Below, piece after piece: positions 20,284-29,563 of a stretch of 64,000 bases of DNA. Under the pieces are notes generated by a model. That model did no database searches. It saw nothing but the letters and a program-made list of their open reading frames with translations, and had not been told where the DNA came from. The stretch spans positions 448,001 through 512,000 of the forward strand of contig CAVRJM010000001.1 in NCBI GenBank assembly GCA_963722075.1, written 5' to 3'. A program made the position numbers and the translations under genes. Position 1 is the first letter of the stretch. Every line of letters starts with the position of its first letter. Origin of the DNA: Candidatus Babeliales bacterium. Its GTDB lineage: Bacteria; Babelota; Babeliae; Babelales; JANWKD01.

Positions 20284-21336
20284 TTATAAACTTAAGGTAT
20301 TGTAATCATCTTTATAAACCTTCTGTTGCTTTTTTTGTATGTATGAACCATCTAAGTAGCTATCAATCATTTTTTTAACGATGTACATATATTTTTCTGG
20401 GTTATAAAAAAAGGAATCGAAATGACGACGTCCTGCCGTAATCCAAAGCCGCTTAAAGCTCGCAACGTTATTAAAAAGATTTTTTGCTGCATTTATTGAT
20501 ACTTTTTCATCATTATCACAATGAATAATAAGGCATGGTACTTTTACTTTTTTTATTGATTCCATCGGGCTAACGGGGTAAATATACGTATTAGTAGCGG
20601 TCGCATCCATATTAGCTACTGTTTTTAATAATGCTTTTAATAATTTTTGAATATAGGGGTGAAACGCATATTTTTGGAAAAAAGTACATCCAGGCAAGCC
20701 AAATGAATAACCAAAAAAGGAAAACTGCATATTCTCAAGACCTTTTTTAATCACATTCTTACTTTTATCATACGCACTATCCAGTATCATTAAATGGAAC
20801 AGATCTGGATTGGCAGATTGTGCTTCAATAGCCGCAACGCCTCCCATAGAAAAACCATAGGCAATTCGCGGCAAATCTTTTAAATCAGGCCGTTCTTTAA
20901 TATAATTCACTGCTGCTATTACATCTTGGGCTTCATCCTTACCAAAAGTACAACATTGCGCTTCATCAATATTTTCACCATGGGCCCTAAAATCAAACGT
21001 TACTACGTGAAAATCAGGAAACAAAAATGCTCGAATAAATGAGGAATCAAATTTATCACACATAAATCCATTTAAAATAAATACGATGCCACGGGCATTT
21101 TTTCGTTTTAATAGAAAACCATGACGTAAAATTGTTTCAGTAGAATCTTGGTCCATAAGCGAATTAAAGGAGATTTTTTCTAATGAACCTTCGGGTTGAA
21201 TATATTTGTTTTTTTTGGTTAAAAATTCAGCCATAGCTTCGTAGGTGTTTTGATCAATACAAAAGAGATAACTATAACTGAGTAAAATAAAACAGAAAGG
21301 ATATATGAATCGTGCTATTATGTTTATTGTCTTCAT
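20284..21336 (-). CDS. Exported alpha/beta-fold hydrolase
   Basis: N-terminal hydrophobic segment; FDFRAHGE, GFSMGG nucleophile elbow, IIHCDNDEKV, RH (Ser-Asp-His triad). Confidence 0.9.
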   Translation of the reverse strand: MKTINIIARFIYPFCFILLSYSYLFCIDQNTYEAMAEFLTKKNKYIQPEGSLEKISFNSLMDQDSTETILRHGFLLKRKNARGIVFILNGFMCDKFDSSFIRAFLFPDFHVVTFDFRAHGENIDEAQCCTFGKDEAQDVIAAVNYIKERPDLKDLPRIAYGFSMGGVAAIEAQSANPDLFHLMILDSAYDKSKNVIKKGLENMQFSFFGYSFGLPGCTFFQKYAFHPYIQKLLKALLKTVANMDATATNTYIYPVSPMESIKKVKVPCLIIHCDNDEKVSINAAKNLFNNVASFKRLWITAGRRHFDSFFYNPEKYMYIVKKMIDSYLDGSYIQKKQQKVYKDDYNTLSL

Positions 21337-21362
21337 TAACTATCCTTTCTTTTGGTAAAAAG

Positions 21363-21421
21363 CTGGATCACCACGCCTTGTCCGCCATAGCCTTGGCGAC
21401 GTCGGATACGCTCGTGACGAC
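21363..21421. repeat. Family A palindrome with a family B palindrome in its loop
   Basis: CTGGATCACCAC[GCCTTGTCCGCCATAGCCTTGGCGACGTCGGATAC]GCTCGTGACGAC; compare the copy without insert at 5214-5240. Confidence 0.85.
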
Positions 21422-21621
21422 TTCCGTCGCTATTATCTCTTATCTTTTTACATGGTATGGATTCTTTTTAAGTGACCATACAATGCTCATTATTGAGTGT
21501 ATCAGTAATTATTTTCTATTTGCAACAACAAATTGATTGGTTGAAAAAAGCGCTGATTTTAACGGCGTTTTTATATAAAATAAAATTTATATAATTGTTT
21601 CAGATAGAAACAAATATGCAA

Positions 21622-22761
21622 TTATGCATCACTTTTTGACGGTTGATAAAACCGAGATTCGATTTTGTTAGAAAAATCAGGCGTAAAGCCAATAGCTTGT
21701 AGAAATTCTATAGCATCCATACCCGCTTTTGCACCATCCCCGGCCGCTGTAACACTTTTTTGATAGCGTGGATCTTCCACCGTACCGGCAGCAAATACCC
21801 CTTTTTTAGAGGTTACTTGGGTATGATCAAAAACTTTAATAAATCCTTCCTCATCAAGCTCTAAAGCATCTTTGAATAAAGCAGAACGCGGCACGAATCC
21901 AAGGGCAAAATAAACCGATTGTATTGGCATTTGAGTAGTTTTATTAGTTTTCTTATCCATAACTTCTATTGCTTCTACCCGCTCAGTACCAAGTATTCTT
22001 TTCACCTCAATATTATATTTAATTTCAATTTTACTGTTCTTTTTTAAATAATCCTGCACTATTGCGGTTGCTCGCATCTCAGGCCCACGCACCAAAAGAG
22101 TAACTTTTTTTGCAAATGCCGATAGTTGTTGCGCGCGATCTGCGGCGGCATCGCCGCCTCCTATTATGGCAACTTCTTTATCCTGATCAAAAGGAGCATC
22201 ACAAATGGAACATACCCCTATTCCTTTGCCCCAAAACTCTTTTATTCCCGGAATATCCAATGTTCTTTGCGAACCACCAGTAGCAATAATAACTGTTAAC
22301 GCCTGTATAGTTGTACCATTTGATAAGGTGATTTGGAATGGCCATTCATTAAGATTCACCTGCGAAACTTCAACTTCTTCTAATTGAGCCCCAAAATGTT
22401 GTGCCTGTGCTTTTAAATCATTCATAATATCAAGACCAGGCATTTTTTGGCGGGCAGGCCAATTTTCTACATAACTTGCTTCCGTTAATTGTCCGCCAAT
22501 TTCAGATCCTGAAATCACGCGGGTTCTGAACTTCGCTCGAGAGGTGTACATTGCCGCTGTTAATCCAGCAGGCCCTGACCCAATGACCACTACCGGTTCA
22601 ATTTCAGTTTTATTAAAGAGAGATTCGATTGGGTAATCCTTTGGATCAACCGCCGGAACCGATTGATCATCAGGCAATACAGCATAGCCAATAGAATAGA
22701 GGCTAAAAAAAACTAATATGAAAATAAGATGAAATGCCTTTTTATGCGTAACCATAGCCAT
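21622..22761 (-). CDS. trxB: Thioredoxin-disulfide reductase with N-terminal signal peptide
   Basis: VIGSGPAGLTAA, GGQL, ENWP, IIATG, CSICD, IIGGGDAA, GVFAAG..D; leader KKAFHLIFILVFFSLYSIGYA. Confidence 0.9.
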   Translation of the reverse strand: MAMVTHKKAFHLIFILVFFSLYSIGYAVLPDDQSVPAVDPKDYPIESLFNKTEIEPVVVIGSGPAGLTAAMYTSRAKFRTRVISGSEIGGQLTEASYVENWPARQKMPGLDIMNDLKAQAQHFGAQLEEVEVSQVNLNEWPFQITLSNGTTIQALTVIIATGGSQRTLDIPGIKEFWGKGIGVCSICDAPFDQDKEVAIIGGGDAAADRAQQLSAFAKKVTLLVRGPEMRATAIVQDYLKKNSKIEIKYNIEVKRILGTERVEAIEVMDKKTNKTTQMPIQSVYFALGFVPRSALFKDALELDEEGFIKVFDHTQVTSKKGVFAAGTVEDPRYQKSVTAAGDGAKAGMDAIEFLQAIGFTPDFSNKIESRFYQPSKSDA

Positions 22762-22853
22762 TTACACTCCCCTAATTTAATGGTGAGGCGTGCTCATACA
22801 ACGGGGCTTAACTATTGTTAAGCATACATAAATGGCGCTCTTATTTTCAATAA

Positions 22854-24305
22854 TTAAGCAAGGTCCTTAAGAAATTCTGTAAGCGCCTCATACGATAAGC
22901 TACCAACCTGTTCTTTCACAAGTTTACCATTTTTGAAAACAAGTAACGTTGGTACCGACGTAATTTTGTATTCATTTGCAAGAGCAGGGATTTCGTTAGC
23001 ATTAATTTTTATAAATGTCGTGCGATCACCCATTTCAGACGCAATCTGTTCTAAAGCTGGCAGCATATATTTACATGCTGGGCACTGAGTTGTATAAAAA
23101 TCAACAATCAATATTGCTCGCTCATTACGTAAGGATTCAAATTGTTCTTTAGATGTTACCGCTAAAATAGCCTTGCTAGGTACAGAATCAATCTCGGGCT
23201 TTTTTATATCAAAATAATTAGCTTCTATTTGCTTTGCTACTTTTACATTAAATCCATGATTTTGTAAAAATCCTAAGGCATCTAAAGCCGCTTTAATACC
23301 ACTACCTGCAGCTACCCCCGCTTGCCTATATATTTTATCTTCTATATCACCCGCAGCGAAAATGCCGGGTTTAGAAGTAGCCTGCGTTTTACCAGAAGTA
23401 ATAATGTAACCATCTGCATCAGTTTTAATTTGACCATTACATAAAGAAGTAGTGTTTGGCTTATGACCAATTGCTAAAAAGACCCCGCTTACAGATTTTG
23501 TAAACGTTTCATTTGTTTTATTATTATGTATCAGAACATGCGTTACTTCAGATCCATTCCCATATATTTCTTTAACTTCGCTATTATAGAGTACTTCAAT
23601 AGAATCAACATCCTTAATGCGATCTTGCATTGCAACCGAAGCACGCATAGCATCTTTACGAACTAAAATGGTAACTTTTTTAGCATATGATGATAACTGT
23701 AATGCTTCTTCAAGCGCTGAATCACCACCACCAACTACAACAACGTCTTTATCTTTATGGAACGGTGCATCGCAAATAGCACACGTTGTTACCCCTTTCC
23801 CCCAATATTCATCTTCTCCGGGTATACCTAATTTTGCTGGTGAAGCACCTGCAGCAACTATAATTGTTAATGCATTAATTGTTTTTCCTGATTGAGTGAT
23901 AACCTTATATGGCCATACAGAACAGTCAATAGACGCGGCGCTATCATAAATAATTTCAGCACCAAAATGTTCCGCTTGTTTTTGTAAACTCAACATAATA
24001 TCTGGACCTAGTTGATCCAATAAACCAGGAAAATTTTCAACACGGGTTGTGCTTCCTAATTGTCCTCCTGGTTGAGAACCTACTAAAACTGCTGTCTTGA
24101 TTTTTCCTCGCGCTGCGTAAATGGCCGCGCTATATCCTGCACAACCTGAACCGATAATAAGGATGGGTTCGATATTTTTCTTACCTATTACCGCCGTCAT
24201 ATCAATGGGGTTAGAGCGCAACAATAAGAAAGTACCACTCAAACCAATAGTTAAAACAAACAAAGCCCCTAATAAAAATTTAATATATTTCTGCATTAAT
24301 AACAC
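22854..24305 (-). CDS. trxB: Thioredoxin reductase-thioredoxin fusion with N-terminal TM/signal segment
   Basis: IIGSGCAG, GGQL, VENFPG, CAICD, VGGGDSALEEA, GIFAAGD; C-terminal VDFYTTQCPACK...SVPTLLVFKNG; leader KYIKFLLGALFVLTIGLSGTFLLL; start may be ATG 24296. Confidence 0.92.
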   Translation of the reverse strand: MLLMQKYIKFLLGALFVLTIGLSGTFLLLRSNPIDMTAVIGKKNIEPILIIGSGCAGYSAAIYAARGKIKTAVLVGSQPGGQLGSTTRVENFPGLLDQLGPDIMLSLQKQAEHFGAEIIYDSAASIDCSVWPYKVITQSGKTINALTIIVAAGASPAKLGIPGEDEYWGKGVTTCAICDAPFHKDKDVVVVGGGDSALEEALQLSSYAKKVTILVRKDAMRASVAMQDRIKDVDSIEVLYNSEVKEIYGNGSEVTHVLIHNNKTNETFTKSVSGVFLAIGHKPNTTSLCNGQIKTDADGYIITSGKTQATSKPGIFAAGDIEDKIYRQAGVAAGSGIKAALDALGFLQNHGFNVKVAKQIEANYFDIKKPEIDSVPSKAILAVTSKEQFESLRNERAILIVDFYTTQCPACKYMLPALEQIASEMGDRTTFIKINANEIPALANEYKITSVPTLLVFKNGKLVKEQVGSLSYEALTEFLKDLA

Positions 24306-24411
24306 CTTTATTACTATTTTTATTCTAAAAATAAATTGACAAAAAACCTAAAAAACTCATACTGTAAACGTTATTTTTATAGTATAACCTTAATTTTTAT
24401 AAAGGAAAAGT

Positions 24412-24933
24412 ATGTCCACCCTGTTAAATACAAAAAGAATATTTTTTTTATCATTAAGCCTCCTTATTGCCGCTCCTGTCTCTTTAAGAGCCCACACCGA
24501 TAACCTAAATCCGGCTATAGAAATTACGACAGCCGATCAATTAACATCCTTACTTAATAGTATGGACCCCGTTGAGAAGAAACAATTTGAAGAATTATTG
24601 GATGAAATTGCAATAATTTCTCATAAAGATAAGAAAGAATCTTCTGCCTTAAATCAACTAGCCGCTCTTCTTAAAAAAGTACCTTATGCTAAGCTTTCAG
24701 CAGTTGGTATTTCCCTTATATTTGCTATTTTATACTGGGAATATGTAGCTCCTTATCTCAAAAAGAAATACCCATCAGAACAAGGTGAAACCTTAGTTGA
24801 ACTTCCTAAATTAGTAATGGGTTCTTTAATCTTGGATGAAATTAAAGATTTCTTAAAGGAAATGCGTCTTGCTTTTAAGGAAGACGTTTATTCTTTAGTT
24901 ACAGCAACCAAAAAGGCAATTGCTGCATTATAA
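24412..24933 (+). CDS. Hypothetical membrane protein with signal peptide
   Basis: AAGGA RBS; signal peptide; one TM (LSAVGISLIFAILYW). Confidence 0.75.
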   Translation: MSTLLNTKRIFFLSLSLLIAAPVSLRAHTDNLNPAIEITTADQLTSLLNSMDPVEKKQFEELLDEIAIISHKDKKESSALNQLAALLKKVPYAKLSAVGISLIFAILYWEYVAPYLKKKYPSEQGETLVELPKLVMGSLILDEIKDFLKEMRLAFKEDVYSLVTATKKAIAAL

Positions 24934-24943
24934 TATTGTTAAC

Positions 24944-24981
24944 AAAATATAAGCCTGGCACATTTGTCAGGCTTATATTTT
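24944..24981 (+). terminator. Intrinsic terminator
   Basis: AAAATATAAGCCTGGCA-CATT-TGTCAGGCTTATATTTT. Confidence 0.75.
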
Positions 24982-25063
24982 ATACCGTTAAATTATTATT
25001 AACATTTAGTAATTTTTTTATTGATTCTATTTTATTTTGATAAAGATTTATTTTTATTATTAT

Positions 25064-25092
25064 TTGACATGCCTTATAAGGAATTTTATTAT
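25064..25092 (+). promoter_or_regulatory. Sigma70-like promoter upstream of the FtsH-like gene
   Basis: TTGACA-17 nt-TATTAT. Confidence 0.55.
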
Positions 25093-25153
25093 TGATATAA
25101 TCAAATAATAATGAAATATTCACTAACTGTTCATCGCTAAAGGTCAAATTTCA

Positions 25154-28093
25154 ATGAATTTTCACGTATATCGTCCCTATATATATATTTTCCTGTATAT
25201 TTGTTCCACCTTAGCAATAGCAGAAAATCCTACTCAAGCAATTGACGAAGTTTTTATTGATGAGCAAGAATTTGAAAATTTGTCACCCGCCAGCCCTCAT
25301 CTTCCGGTAACACCGCAACCACAAAGCCCCGCACAACCAATCGAGGATGTTACTCCTCAGGCCTCAACCATAAATCAAAAGCAGCTTGATGTGTTAGTGG
25401 TAACATTAGAAAATAACTTTAAACAATTAGATGTTATCTTAGAACAAATCGCCTTAGTAATTAATAATAATCAAATACGAAAATTATCTACAAAAGATGT
25501 AATTTTAGATGAAATTATTAAAATTCGCTCTTTAGTAGGTATGATCATACAAAATATTGCTTCTATTAATACCCCAGATAAAGCAACTCAACTGATTGAA
25601 ATTGCTCAAAAATTAACAAGCCATGTACAATATCTTTTAACCACGAATCTTGTTAATTTTAAGCCTTTTGACTTTGAAAAAGCCTTTGCACCAACTACAC
25701 GGGTATCTTTACCAACAACCTATGGTTTTGAACAATTAGAAAAAATGGCACTGCAAAATACGCTTACCCTTGGTACCTTGAAGGCGCATTCAGAAAATGT
25801 TGGGCTCAATAGCTTTCATATTTTTTATCGAAAACTAGAAAAACTCAACCAAGAATATAAGATTCTTCATAAATTAACCATTGCAGCTGGGGTGGGATTG
25901 GCGTTGCTCTGGTTTGATTTCTTATGTGATCGCGCGTTTTCAGTAAAATTACAAGAATGGTGGAATAAATTATTTAATATACAACCGGAACCTTCTCATA
26001 CAGTATTGAATCCCTCCTTATTAACTACTTCCCCACCACAAAATTCAAGCACCATTACTCAATTAATTACCTCTAATCAAGTAACTCCCGCAGTTACTAA
26101 TAATAAACCCACTGTTGCATCAGTTAAACCATCGAGCCCTTCTGAGACTAGCAATATGCCAACAGATGTTACTGATTTTCAAAAAGGAGTAGATTTTGGA
26201 AAAGGTGTAGTACAGGGAAAATGGCTTGCACAGCAAGAGCTTCGTGAGAAAATGTTACAGCAACAACAAACTGCTACATCTAAAAGCATGTGGGGCAATT
26301 GGATTTTATCATTAAAAAATTTCCTTGGTAATAGAGTTCCTGATACACGCGCTGGTATCGAGGCTATCCCACCTGAGCAACGTGGTATGGTAACTTATAC
26401 ACAAAACTTCTTTGAACGTCATTTAAAATTATTTACGTTCGCCTTCACCCCCATTGCCCTTTTTGATCTGTTTAAACCTACCCTTAAAGAATGGGGAACC
26501 GGTAGCTATAATTGGTTAATGGCCAAAGTGGAGCATGTTACCGCCTTTTTACGGGGTGGACCGGTACGGCGTCAGATGGATATTTGGGCAGAAAAAGAGA
26601 TTACGATTACCTTTGATGATGTTATTGGCAATGAACATGCCAAAAAAATATTAATGCGTATTGTTGATTATATTATCGATTATGAAAACCGCGATCGCCA
26701 AGGAATTATACCAGAAACAGGCATTCTATTAGTAGGACCGCCACGTACTGGTAAAACATACTTAGCGCAAGCATTAGCGGGCACCATCAAAAAAGGCTTG
26801 ATTGAAAGTGGTAATTTTGAAACAATGCGTTACTTAGAACTTACTACCGCAGAACTAAAACAACATGGTATTAGCAATATTCTTTTAGGCGCTAAGACTT
26901 TTGCCCCTATTATTATCTTTATCGATGAAATTGATAGCGGTGGATTCCAACGTGAACGTGATGCTGCTGCATTGGGTGAACTGCAAGTGGCTATGAGTAC
27001 CCTTAATAGAGATAAATCTAAAAAAGTAATCATTTTAGCAGCTACCAATAAACCTGAAAATCTTGATTATTCACTTCTTGAACCAGGACGATTTGGTAAA
27101 CAAATTGACTTCACTAAGCCAACGTTCACCGAACGCAAAGAATATCTCACCCGTGAATTATCAAAACGCTCAGCACTTATCGATGAACAATATATTGATA
27201 AACTTGCCCACCAAAGTGAAGATTCCACCTATGACGCATTGCATGAGGTTATTGTAACGGCATTACAAAAAGCTAAATCACGAGGATCAGTACTCACCTG
27301 GAACGATTTAGACGAAGCATTTGATGAAGATGTTAATAAAATTATCTTAGATGACCATATGTTACCGCCAGCAGAACAATATACTATTGCAGCCCATCAA
27401 GCTGGACATGCTTATATGCGTATTTTAAGTAATGCGCGGCTACAATTAACCAAAGTTACGATCAAGCCAACCTCTGCTAAAGTTAATGAACAAGCAGTAA
27501 TTGCTAAATATTTTGACAATAATAATAAGAAAAAAGATCAAAAAGAAACCAAAACAATTGAATATGGTAAAGTATTTACTGCTCATGATACCGGCGCACT
27601 TAAATTTGAAAATGCGCAGGATTTACGCCATGAATTACTCATCAGCTTAGCAGGTCACGTGGCAGAAAAATTACTTTTTGATGCAACCGGATATAGTTAT
27701 CATAGTCATGATAATGAAGACGCATTAAATATTGCTAAGCATATTGTTTTTGAGGGCATTCCAGACAAAGAAATGCCAAAATCAATTCGTGAAGAATATC
27801 TGATGAAGGCATATGATTTGGTAAAAGAGTATCAACAAAAAGCAATAGAACTATTAACGCAGCACAAAGAAGAACTCATTGTTATTACCAATATGTTGTA
27901 TGAACAAAAAACATTACTGGCAACCGATATTATAGAGATATTGCAGCTTCTAAAAGAGGAAGACGGGCATCCTCAGGATGATACTGCTGATGAACAGGAT
28001 AGCTCAGAAGAAGTTGATGAAGAAGTAGTAGATGAGACTCCTTCTTTTACAGAAGCTGATAATGCGCTCATCCCTGATGTTGAATTTGCCTAA
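25154..28093 (+). CDS. FtsH-like AAA+ ATPase with M41-like domain (HQAGH) and long N-terminal extension
   Basis: ITFDDVIG, GILLVGPPRTGKT, IIFIDEID, AATNKPENLD.SLLEPGRF, IAAHQAGHA, LAGHVAEKLLF; signal peptide and TM segments. Confidence 0.88.
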   Translation: MNFHVYRPYIYIFLYICSTLAIAENPTQAIDEVFIDEQEFENLSPASPHLPVTPQPQSPAQPIEDVTPQASTINQKQLDVLVVTLENNFKQLDVILEQIALVINNNQIRKLSTKDVILDEIIKIRSLVGMIIQNIASINTPDKATQLIEIAQKLTSHVQYLLTTNLVNFKPFDFEKAFAPTTRVSLPTTYGFEQLEKMALQNTLTLGTLKAHSENVGLNSFHIFYRKLEKLNQEYKILHKLTIAAGVGLALLWFDFLCDRAFSVKLQEWWNKLFNIQPEPSHTVLNPSLLTTSPPQNSSTITQLITSNQVTPAVTNNKPTVASVKPSSPSETSNMPTDVTDFQKGVDFGKGVVQGKWLAQQELREKMLQQQQTATSKSMWGNWILSLKNFLGNRVPDTRAGIEAIPPEQRGMVTYTQNFFERHLKLFTFAFTPIALFDLFKPTLKEWGTGSYNWLMAKVEHVTAFLRGGPVRRQMDIWAEKEITITFDDVIGNEHAKKILMRIVDYIIDYENRDRQGIIPETGILLVGPPRTGKTYLAQALAGTIKKGLIESGNFETMRYLELTTAELKQHGISNILLGAKTFAPIIIFIDEIDSGGFQRERDAAALGELQVAMSTLNRDKSKKVIILAATNKPENLDYSLLEPGRFGKQIDFTKPTFTERKEYLTRELSKRSALIDEQYIDKLAHQSEDSTYDALHEVIVTALQKAKSRGSVLTWNDLDEAFDEDVNKIILDDHMLPPAEQYTIAAHQAGHAYMRILSNARLQLTKVTIKPTSAKVNEQAVIAKYFDNNNKKKDQKETKTIEYGKVFTAHDTGALKFENAQDLRHELLISLAGHVAEKLLFDATGYSYHSHDNEDALNIAKHIVFEGIPDKEMPKSIREEYLMKAYDLVKEYQQKAIELLTQHKEELIVITNMLYEQKTLLATDIIEILQLLKEEDGHPQDDTADEQDSSEEVDEEVVDETPSFTEADNALIPDVEFA

Positions 28094-28109
28094 GGATGTT
28101 ATTAATTAA

Positions 28110-28239
28110 TGGATTCCCACGCAAGCTCGGAATGACAAAAAGAACGATGAATGTCATCCTGAACGAAGTGTAAGGATCCAGTGAATAAATCCAATAACAT
28201 TTAACAAAATCTGGATTGCTTCGACAAGCTCGCAACGAC
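28110..28239. repeat. Three family A REP-like palindromes
   Basis: TGGATTCCCACGCAAGCTCGGAATGACA; TGTCATCCTGAACGAAGTGTAAGGATCCAG; CTGGATTGCTTCGACAAGCTCGCAACGAC (identical to 43084-43112). Confidence 0.88.
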
Positions 28240-28306
28240 AGCTATTTTAAATTACGTATATCTTGATGATTTGAGTATATTATTGCTTCATAAAAATCAA
28301 TAGAAC

Positions 28307-28768
28307 CTAATCTACTGTAATCGCATCAATCATAGCAATTCGTTTCTCATAACGATCATGTTTAAATGATGCATGTAACCACGCGGTTACCATGCTTGTT
28401 AATTGATCGTATTCAATAAAATCTGCCGGAATTACTAATATATTGCTATTATCATCTTCCTTAGAAAGCCGAGCAATCTCTGTATTCCAGGCAACTGCTG
28501 CGTAAATGCCAGTAAACCGATTTGCTGCTATTGCCATGCCAACGCCCGTACCACATAATAAAATGCCACATTGCGCATCACTATTTAACATTTTCTGGCA
28601 TACGGCAATAGAAAATTCCGGATAATCAGAGCGCTCATTAGTATAAGCACCCACATCGATCCATGCAATCGCAAACAATTCAGAATTATATTGTTGCTTC
28701 AATTTCTCTTTTAATGAAAAACCCCGGTGATCAGCGCCAACGGCAATTATTATTTCTTTTTTTATCAT
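28307..28768 (-). CDS. rpiB: Ribose-5-phosphate isomerase B
   Basis: GADHRG, DYP, GILLCGTGVGMAIAANR, N.N.L, RY.KRI. Confidence 0.93.
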   Translation of the reverse strand: MIKKEIIIAVGADHRGFSLKEKLKQQYNSELFAIAWIDVGAYTNERSDYPEFSIAVCQKMLNSDAQCGILLCGTGVGMAIAANRFTGIYAAVAWNTEIARLSKEDDNSNILVIPADFIEYDQLTSMVTAWLHASFKHDRYEKRIAMIDAITVD

Positions 28769-28775
28769 ATTGTTA

Positions 28776-29507
28776 TTATATGTTCGTTTTTAAATCGTAC
28801 GCTAGAATATCTTCCTGCAGCGGATGCGTATCAATAACGTGTAACGCCATATCCAATGGCCAACATATAGCTGTTTCATAGCCAACCCGCCGTAGTACCA
28901 ATTCTATAGTGCTCACGCCAGGGTATAAAATTGCATTATCATATTCATCATGTGCATTAAATTGAATAAGGTACTGCTTTTTAAAAACCGTTAGATATTT
29001 GCCAAAAAAATAACGAAATTCATGTGGCAATTCAACTAGCTTAATTTTAGCGGGCGCATAATAGTTATTACCAATTTTTAGCTGCACAATCCATTGGGGG
29101 TTTTCATCAGTTAATAAAGCACCTACATTTCCGTTGATTACTGCTAACATATAAAATGAAATATACGGTGCAAACTCATCATATTGATCCTGTAAAAATT
29201 CGTCATATTGGTTAGCATTCAAGCCATATTTAGAACCATACGAGCAGGCATATGCTTGTAATACCTGTTTATTAATCCATAATGCATCAAATAATCCAAG
29301 CGTAGTAAATTGATCGTAGGCACGCGCTGAACGAATATAGGGTTGAACAATAGAAAAACAGGTCTCGATTTTAGTTCCTTGGCATACGATGCTTTGTCCC
29401 CAATAAATATAGCGATAACAGCCAGGAAACGGTATAAGGATGAGTAAAAAAAATAGATAATACAAGGATTGCTTCATCAATGCCTCTTTATTTTTGTAAT
29501 CAAACAA
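28776..29507 (-). CDS. Hypothetical protein, possible lipoprotein
   Basis: MKQSLYYLFFLLILIPFPGC lipobox-like leader; start may be 29477. Confidence 0.7.
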   Translation of the reverse strand: MFDYKNKEALMKQSLYYLFFLLILIPFPGCYRYIYWGQSIVCQGTKIETCFSIVQPYIRSARAYDQFTTLGLFDALWINKQVLQAYACSYGSKYGLNANQYDEFLQDQYDEFAPYISFYMLAVINGNVGALLTDENPQWIVQLKIGNNYYAPAKIKLVELPHEFRYFFGKYLTVFKKQYLIQFNAHDEYDNAILYPGVSTIELVLRRVGYETAICWPLDMALHVIDTHPLQEDILAYDLKTNI

Positions 29508-29563
29508 AGGATACTAGTATCCTAAATAAAAGAAAACGATTTTACAAGGTCCAAAATAAATAA

